Shown here piece after piece: positions 17,270 through 22,747 of a stretch of DNA of 22,747 nt. The notes beneath the pieces are model-generated. The model saw nothing but the letters and a program-made list of their open reading frames with translations, had not been told where the DNA came from and did not search any database. The DNA comes from a virus. The stretch lies in UHGV virus genome UHGV-0042525; one strand, written 5' to 3'. Both the position numbers and the translations under genes were made by a program. Numbering within the stretch: position 1 is the stretch's first letter; each line of letters begins with the position of its first letter.

Positions 17270-17695
17270 ATGAAGAAATTATCCCTTTCACTGATGCTGA
17301 ACGTGTCGCTGGCGCTGATGCTGGCACTGTCCCTGATTTATCCGCAGAGCGTGGCCGTCAGTTTTGTCGCCACTTGGGCGATTCTGGCGACGGTTATTTG
17401 TGTGGTTGCCGGTGGTGTCGGCGTGTATGCCACGGAGTATGTGCTGGAACGCTACGGGCGGGAGCTGCCACCGGAATCGCTGGCCGTGAAGATTGTCACG
17501 TCGCTGTTTTTGCAGCCGGTGCCGTGGCGCAGGCGGGCAGCGGCTCTGGTGGTGATGGTGGCGACGTTTATCTCGCTGGTCGCTGCCGGGTGGATTTTTA
17601 CCGCGCTGATTTATCTCGTGGCGTCGCTGTTCTTCCGGCTGATATGTACGGCCTGCCGTCAGCGTCTTGAGGAGCGGGAACCATGTCAAAGCTGA
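17270..17695 (+). CDS. lysA: lysis timing membrane protein LysA
   Basis: 141-aa strongly hydrophobic multi-TM ORF downstream of K. Confidence 0.7.
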   Translation: MKKLSLSLMLNVSLALMLALSLIYPQSVAVSFVATWAILATVICVVAGGVGVYATEYVLERYGRELPPESLAVKIVTSLFLQPVPWRRRAAALVVMVATFISLVAAGWIFTALIYLVASLFFRLICTACRQRLEEREPCQS

Positions 17696-18108
17696 TGACT
17701 GTGCTGGTCGTGTTGTTATCGCTGGCGCTGTCCGGTCTGTTTCTGGTGAAACACAAAAACGCCAGCCTGCGCGCCTCGCTGGACAGGGCGAACAACGTCG
17801 CCAGCGGGCAGCAGGCGACCATCACCATGCTGAAAAATCAGCTTCATGTTGCCCTCACCAGAGCAGACAAAAACGAGCTGGCGCAGGTGGTACTGCGTCA
17901 GGAACTGGAGAACGCCGCGAAGCGTGAAGCACAGCGCGAGAAAACCATCACGAGGTTACTTAATGAAAACGAAGATTTTCGCCGCTGGTACGGCGCTGAC
18001 CTGCCTGATGCTGTGCGCCGGTTGCACCAGCGCCCGGCCTGCACCGACGCCAGTGATTGTCCACAACGCCTGCCCGAAAGTGAGCCTTTGCCCGATGCCG
18101 GGCAGTGA
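17683..18108 (+). CDS. lysB: i-spanin (Rz-like) LysB
   Basis: 141-aa ORF with N-terminal TM segment MSKLMTVLVVLLSLALSGLFLV, then charged periplasmic region with coiled-coil character. Confidence 0.7.
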   Translation: MSKLMTVLVVLLSLALSGLFLVKHKNASLRASLDRANNVASGQQATITMLKNQLHVALTRADKNELAQVVLRQELENAAKREAQREKTITRLLNENEDFRRWYGADLPDAVRRLHQRPACTDASDCPQRLPESEPLPDAGQ

Positions 18109-18253
18109 CCCGGAGACGAACGGCGATTTAAGTGCCGATATCCGGCAGCTTGAGAACGCGCTGGCACGCTGTGCCAGCCAGGTAAAAATGATTAAACACT
18201 GTCAGGACGAAAACGATGCTCAAACCCGACAGCCTGCGCAGGGCGCTGACTGA
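17963..18253 (+). CDS. lysC: o-spanin lipoprotein (Rz1-like) LysC, overlapping lysB in another frame
   Basis: ORF-track frame 17846..18253; internal start ATG 17963 gives MKTKIFAAGTALTCLMLCAGC (signal peptide plus lipobox Cys). Pro/Cys-rich mature part, typical of o-spanins. Confidence 0.65.
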   Translation: MKTKIFAAGTALTCLMLCAGCTSARPAPTPVIVHNACPKVSLCPMPGSDPETNGDLSADIRQLENALARCASQVKMIKHCQDENDAQTRQPAQGAD

Positions 18254-18683
18254 TGCCGTCACGGTGCTGAAAACCAGTCCAGAGATGCTGCGGATATTCG
18301 TGGATAACGGGAGTATTGCCTCCACACTGGCGACGTCGCTGTCATTCGAAAAGCGTTACACGCTCAATGTGATTGTGACCGACTTTACCGGTGATTTTGA
18401 CCTGCTCATTGTGCCGGTGCTGGCGTGGCTGCGGGAAAATCAGCCCGACATCATGACCACCGACGAAGGCCAGAAAAAGGGCTTCACGTTTTATGCAGAC
18501 ATCAACAATGACAGCAGCTTTGATATCAGCATCAGCCTGATGCTGACCGAGCGCACGCTGGTCAGTGAGGTGGACGGTGCGCTGCATGTGAAGAATATCC
18601 CGGAACCCACGCCGCCGGAGCCGGTCACCCGCCCGATGGAGCTTTATATCAATGGCGAACTGGTGAGCAAGTGGGATGAATGA
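18216..18683 (+). CDS. R: tail completion protein R
   Basis: 155-aa ORF at the P2 R position; length matches. Confidence 0.8.
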   Translation: MLKPDSLRRALTDAVTVLKTSPEMLRIFVDNGSIASTLATSLSFEKRYTLNVIVTDFTGDFDLLIVPVLAWLRENQPDIMTTDEGQKKGFTFYADINNDSSFDISISLMLTERTLVSEVDGALHVKNIPEPTPPEPVTRPMELYINGELVSKWDE

Positions 18684-19128
18684 GTTTAAGCGTTTTGAAG
18701 ACCGGCTGACCGGACTGATTGAATCGCTGTCACCGTCAGGGCGTCGGCGACTGAGTGCAGAACTGGCGAAACGTCTGCGGCAGAGTCAGCAGCGCCGGGT
18801 GATGGCACAGAAAGCCCCGGACGGCACACCCTATGCGCCACGCCAGCAGCAGAGCGCCAGAAAAAAGACCGGTCGCGTTAAGCGAAAAATGTTTGCGAAA
18901 CTTATCACCAGTCGTTTTTTGCATATCCGCGCCAGCCCGGAACAGGCAGCAATGGAATTTTACGGCGGGAAGTCACCGAAAATCGCCAGTGTGCATCAGT
19001 TTGGTCTGTCGGAAGAAACCCGGAAAGACGGTAAGAAAATTGATTATCCGGCGCGTCCTCTGCTCGGCTTTACCAGTGAGGATGTGCAGATGATTGAAGA
19101 GATTATTCTGGCTCACCTCGACCGTTAG
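18676..19128 (+). CDS. S: tail completion protein S
   Basis: 150-aa ORF overlapping R stop; length matches P2 S. Confidence 0.8.
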   Translation: MNEFKRFEDRLTGLIESLSPSGRRRLSAELAKRLRQSQQRRVMAQKAPDGTPYAPRQQQSARKKTGRVKRKMFAKLITSRFLHIRASPEQAAMEFYGGKSPKIASVHQFGLSEETRKDGKKIDYPARPLLGFTSEDVQMIEEIILAHLDR

Positions 19129-19194
19129 TTGTGCCATTCCTGACACCTCATCGTCACATTGCCGCCGGTATGACCCGGCGGCATCCTTCCCGTT
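19129..19194 (+). promoter_or_regulatory. late promoter region upstream of V (P2 PV position)
   Basis: 66-bp gap between S and V containing dyad TGT-N10-ACA (TGTGCCATTCCTGACA), consistent with an Ogr-type activator site. Assignment by position. Confidence 0.4.
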
Positions 19195-19830
19195 ATGAAC
19201 ACTCTCGCAAATATTCAGGAACTCGCGCGCGCACTGCGCAACATGATTCGCACCGGCCTTGTCGTCGAAACCGACCTTAACGCCGGTCGCTGCCGTGTGC
19301 AGACCGGCGGCATGTGCACCGACTGGCTTCAGTGGCTGACCTGTCGTGCCGGGCGTTCGCGCACATGGTGGGCACCTTCCGTGGGGGAGCAGGTGCTGAT
19401 TCTGGCCGTGGGCGGTGAACTTGACACGGCGTTTGTTCTGCCGGGGATTTATTCCGGCGATAACCCCGCGCCGTCTGCGTCGGCGGATGCCCTGCATATC
19501 CGTTTCCCTGACGGGGCGGTGATTGAGTATGAACCCGAAACCAGTGCACTCACGGTAAGCGGAATTAAAACGGCCAGCGTGACGGCTTCTGATTCTGTTA
19601 CTGCCACGGTACCGGTGGTCACGGTGAAAGCGTCAACCCGTGTCACCCTGGACACACCGGAAGTGGTCTGCACTAACAAACTGACTACCGGCACGCTGGA
19701 AGTGCAGAAGGGTGGGACGATGCGCGGCAACATTGAACACACCGGCGGTGAACTCTCATCAAACGGTAAGGTACTGCATACCCACAAACACCCCGGCGAC
19801 AGCGGCGGAACAACCGGGAGTCCTTTATGA
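19195..19830 (+). CDS. V: baseplate spike / assembly protein V
   Basis: 211-aa ORF; length and position as P2 V. Confidence 0.85.
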   Translation: MNTLANIQELARALRNMIRTGLVVETDLNAGRCRVQTGGMCTDWLQWLTCRAGRSRTWWAPSVGEQVLILAVGGELDTAFVLPGIYSGDNPAPSASADALHIRFPDGAVIEYEPETSALTVSGIKTASVTASDSVTATVPVVTVKASTRVTLDTPEVVCTNKLTTGTLEVQKGGTMRGNIEHTGGELSSNGKVLHTHKHPGDSGGTTGSPL

Positions 19831-20174
19831 CAGCGCGTTATCTCGGAATGAATCGCAGTGATGGCCTGACGGTCACTGACCTTGAGCATATCAGCCAGAG
19901 TATCGGCGATATCCTGCGCACACCGGTCGGCTCACGGGTGATGCGTCGTGATTACGGCTCGTTGCTGGCGTCAATGATTGACCAGCCGCAGACTCCGGCG
20001 CTTGAGTTGCAGATTAAGGTCGCCTGTTACATGGCAGTGCTGAAATGGGAACCCCGCGTCACCCTGTCATCCGTCACCACGGCGCGCAGTTTTGACGGGC
20101 GAATGACGGTCACGTTAACCGGTCAGCACAACGACACCGGCCAGCCACTTTCGTTAACCATCCCTGTGAGTTGA
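19827..20174 (+). CDS. W: baseplate wedge protein W (gp25-like)
   Basis: 115-aa ORF overlapping V stop (ATGA). Confidence 0.85.
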   Translation: MTARYLGMNRSDGLTVTDLEHISQSIGDILRTPVGSRVMRRDYGSLLASMIDQPQTPALELQIKVACYMAVLKWEPRVTLSSVTTARSFDGRMTVTLTGQHNDTGQPLSLTIPVS

Positions 20175-20178
20175 AACC

Positions 20179-21087
20179 ATGCCGATTATCGACCTGAACC
20201 AGCTACCCGCACCGGATGTGGTCGAGGAGCTGGACTTTGAAACCATTCTTGCCGAACGCAAGGCGACACTGATTTCCCTTTACCCGGAAGACCAGCAGGA
20301 GGCGGTCGCCCGTACCCTGACGCTGGAATCCGAACCTCTCGTCAAACTGCTGGAGGAAAATGCTTATCGTGAGCTTATCTGGCGTCAGCGTGTGAATGAG
20401 GCCGCACGGGCGGTGATGCTGGCCTGTGCAGCCGGTAATGACCTTGATGTGATTGGTGCCAATTACAACACCACACGCCTGATTATCACCCCGGCAGATG
20501 ATTCGACCATCCCGCCGACACCGGCAGTGATGGAATCTGACACCGATTATCGTCTGCGTATTCAGCAGGCGTTTGAAGGTTTAAGCGTTGCCGGGTCGGT
20601 GGGAGCCTATCAGTATCATGGTCGCAGTGCCGACGGGCGTGTCGCGGATATCTCTGTCACCAGTCCGTCTCCGGCCTGTGTCACTATCTCCGTGCTGTCC
20701 CGCGAAAATAACGGTGTCGCATCCGAAGACCTGCTGGCTGTGGTGCGTAACGCTCTTAATGGCGAGGACGTCAGGCCGGTGGCTGACCGCGTGACCGTGC
20801 AGTCTGCCGCCATTGTTGAATATCAGATAAACGCCACGCTTTACCTTTACCCTGGTCCCGAAAGCGAACCCATCCGCGCTGCTGCCGTGAAAAAACTGGA
20901 AGCGTATATCACGGCACAGCACCGGCTGGGGCGCGACATCCGTCTGTCTGCCATTTATGCCGCTTTGCATGTGGAGGGCGTGCAGCGTGTCGAGCTGGCC
21001 GCACCACTGGCTGACATCGTGCTCAACAGTACGCAGGCGTCTTTCTGCACCGAATACCGCGTCGTGACCGGAGGCTCGGATGAGTGA
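20179..21087 (+). CDS. J: baseplate protein J
   Basis: 302-aa ORF; length and position as P2 J. Confidence 0.85.
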   Translation: MPIIDLNQLPAPDVVEELDFETILAERKATLISLYPEDQQEAVARTLTLESEPLVKLLEENAYRELIWRQRVNEAARAVMLACAAGNDLDVIGANYNTTRLIITPADDSTIPPTPAVMESDTDYRLRIQQAFEGLSVAGSVGAYQYHGRSADGRVADISVTSPSPACVTISVLSRENNGVASEDLLAVVRNALNGEDVRPVADRVTVQSAAIVEYQINATLYLYPGPESEPIRAAAVKKLEAYITAQHRLGRDIRLSAIYAALHVEGVQRVELAAPLADIVLNSTQASFCTEYRVVTGGSDE

Positions 21088-21610
21088 TTCGCGCCTGCTG
21101 CCGACCGGCTCATCACCGCTTGAAATTGCTGCCGCAAAAGCCTGTGCGGAAATTGAAAAAACGCCGGTCAGTATTCGTGAACTGTGGAACCCGGACACCT
21201 GCCCGGCAAATCTGCTGCCGTGGCTGGCGTGGGCGTTTTCGGTCGACAGGTGGGATGAAAAGTGGCCGGAAGCAACAAAACGCGCCGTTATCCGCGATGC
21301 GTATTTCATTCACTGCCATAAGGGCACTATAGGCGCAATCCGGCGTGTGGTGGAGCCGCTCGGCTATCTCATCAACGTGACGGAGTGGTGGGAAAACAGT
21401 GACCCGCCCGGCACCTTCCGGCTTGATATTGGTGTACTGGAAAGTGGCATCACAGAGGCAATGTATCAGGAAATGGAACGGCTTATTGCTGATGCCAAAC
21501 CTGCAAGCCGTCACCTTATTGGTCTGAACATTACCCGGGACATTCCCGGCTACCTGTTCGCCGGTGGTGTGGCTTATGACGGCGATGTAATTACGGTTTA
21601 CCCCGGATAA
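21080..21610 (+). CDS. I: baseplate protein I
   Basis: 176-aa ORF overlapping J stop. Confidence 0.85.
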   Translation: MSDSRLLPTGSSPLEIAAAKACAEIEKTPVSIRELWNPDTCPANLLPWLAWAFSVDRWDEKWPEATKRAVIRDAYFIHCHKGTIGAIRRVVEPLGYLINVTEWWENSDPPGTFRLDIGVLESGITEAMYQEMERLIADAKPASRHLIGLNITRDIPGYLFAGGVAYDGDVITVYPG

Positions 21611-21620
21611 GTGAGGAATA

Positions 21621-22697
21621 ATGAGCACAAAATTCAAAACCGTTATCACCACTGCCGGTGCAGCAAAGCTGGCAGCGGCAACCGCACCGGGAGGGCGGAA
21701 GGTCAATATTACCACGATGGCCGTCGGGGATGGCGGTGGTAAATTGCCTGTCCCGGATGCCGGACAGACCGGGCTTATCCACGAAGTCTGGCGACATGCG
21801 CTGAACAAAATCAGCCAGGACAAACGAAACAGTAATTATATTATCGCAGAGCTGGTTATTCCGCCGGAGGTGGGCGGCTTCTGGATGCGTGAGCTTGGCC
21901 TGTACGATGATGCGGGAACGTTAATTGCCGTGGCGAACATGGCCGAAAGTTATAAACCTGCCCTTGCCGAAGGCTCAGGGCGTTCGCAGACCTGCCGCAT
22001 GGTCATCATCGTCAGCAGTGTGGCCTCAGTGGAGCTGACCATTGACACCACAACGGTGATGGCGACGCAGGATTACGTTGATGACAAAATTGCAGAGCAT
22101 GAACAGTCACGACGTCACCCGGACGCCTCGCTGACCGCAAAAGGTTTTACTCAGTTAAGCAATGCGACCAACAGCACGTCTGAAACACTGGCCGCAACGC
22201 CGAAAGCGGTTAAGGCCGCATATGACCTTGCTAACGGGAAATATACCGCACAGGACGCTACCACAGCGCGAAAAGGTCTTGTCCAGCTAAGTAGTGCGAC
22301 CAACAGCATGTCTGAAACGCTCGCCGCAACACCAAAAGCCGTTAAGACGGTAATGGATGAAACGAACAAGAAAGCGCCATTAAACAGCCCTGCACTGACC
22401 GGAACGCCAACGACGCCAACTGCGCGACAGGGAACGAATAATACTCAGATCGCAAACACGGCTTTCGTTATGGCCGCGATTGCCGCCCTTGTAGACTCGT
22501 CGCCTGACGCACTGAATACGCTGAACGAGCTGGCGGCGGCGCTGGGCAATGACCCGAATTTTGCTACCACCATGACTAATGCGCTTGCGGGTAAGCAACC
22601 GAAAGATGCCACTTTGACGGCGCTGGCGGGGCTTGCTACTGCGGCAGACAGGTTTCCGTATTTTACGGGTGCGTATTACCGTGAAGGAGATCGGTGA
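21621..22697 (+). CDS. H: tail fibre protein H, N-terminal (virion-proximal) region; ORF stops at 358 aa
   Basis: Starts MSTKFKTVITTAGAAKLAAATAPGG after I; contains tandem phage-fibre repeats (SxATNSxSETLAATPKAVK). The in-frame stop at 22695-22697 is earlier than I expect for a P2 H (about 669 aa as recalled). Confidence 0.75.
   Translation: MSTKFKTVITTAGAAKLAAATAPGGRKVNITTMAVGDGGGKLPVPDAGQTGLIHEVWRHALNKISQDKRNSNYIIAELVIPPEVGGFWMRELGLYDDAGTLIAVANMAESYKPALAEGSGRSQTCRMVIIVSSVASVELTIDTTTVMATQDYVDDKIAEHEQSRRHPDASLTAKGFTQLSNATNSTSETLAATPKAVKAAYDLANGKYTAQDATTARKGLVQLSSATNSMSETLAATPKAVKTVMDETNKKAPLNSPALTGTPTTPTARQGTNNTQIANTAFVMAAIAALVDSSPDALNTLNELAAALGNDPNFATTMTNALAGKQPKDATLTALAGLATAADRFPYFTGAYYREGDR
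22151..22346 (+). repeat. tandem coding repeat (phage tail-fibre repeat) within H
   Basis: Two ~64-nt imperfect copies (about 22151-22214 and 22283-22346, period ~132 nt) encoding QLSxATNSxSETLAATPKAVK. Confidence 0.5.
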
Positions 22698-22747
22698 GTA
22701 ACATCGATGGAGATCGGTTCGTGTCACTTTCACAGAACCGTTTTTAA

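Larger units (their letters stand above)
541..22747. mobile_element. P2-like (Peduovirus) prophage, left end to tail-fibre gene; continues beyond the right window edge
   Basis: Full P2 gene order int-C-cox-B-A-orf91-[old/tin]-cos-Q-P-O-N-M-L-X-Y-K-lysA-lysB-R-S-V-W-J-I-H. Protein lengths match P2 as recalled (Int 337, C 99, Cox 91, A 761, Q 344, P 590, O 284, N 357). att core and cos sequences present. Confidence 0.9.

Noticed and set aside
10121-21823. Many long antisense or overlapping ORFs in the track (e.g. 10121..10420, 10421..10900, 11054..11503, 12017..12727, 13829..14419, 15065..15664, 15956..16402, 17288..17689, 18973..19497, 20581..21309, 21113..21823)
   Set aside because: They lie opposite or inside conserved P2 late genes in GC-rich sequence where stop codons are rare; no independent start or RBS context. 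Treated as spurious.
22135-22350. CRISPR-like array
   Set aside because: Only two imperfect copies, in-frame inside a tail-fibre gene with a conserved protein repeat; no spacer structure.
22151-22369. Minus-strand 72-aa ORF with an internal duplication
   Set aside because: Mirror image of the tandem tail-fibre coding repeat in H; artefact of the repeat.
22720-22747. DNA-invertase crossover site (gix/hix-like) at the end of H
   Set aside because: AACCG-TTTTT lacks the AACC-NN-GGTT dyad of Hin/Gin sites, and no invertase gene is visible in the window.

Overview
The window is the left ~22 kb of an integrated P2-like (Peduovirus) prophage in an enterobacterial chromosome. Host flank (1-540) carries a small lipoprotein gene; the 27-bp P2-type att core sits at 541-567. 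The prophage then runs int and C (leftward), cox-orf78-B-orf80..83-A-orf91 (rightward), an AT-rich leftward two-gene island at the orf91/cos hotspot, the cos site (9760-9778), and the late operons Q-P (leftward), O-N-M-L-X-Y-K-lysA-lysB/lysC-R-S and V-W-J-I-H (rightward) to the window edge. Gene order, protein lengths and landmarks (att core, cos 19-mer, A active-site tyrosines at codons 450/454) match phage P2 closely. I therefore read the island (586-aa OLD-family ATPase-Toprim protein plus 253-aa partner) as the already-described old/tin exclusion module, not a new system. All calls rest on motifs read from the sequence plus recalled P2 biology; no database search was run. Most worth a second look: the old/tin island (the Tin-like protein shows a PD-(D/E)xK-like motif arrangement), the early stop of the H tail-fibre ORF at the right edge, and the att/Int-arm repeats.
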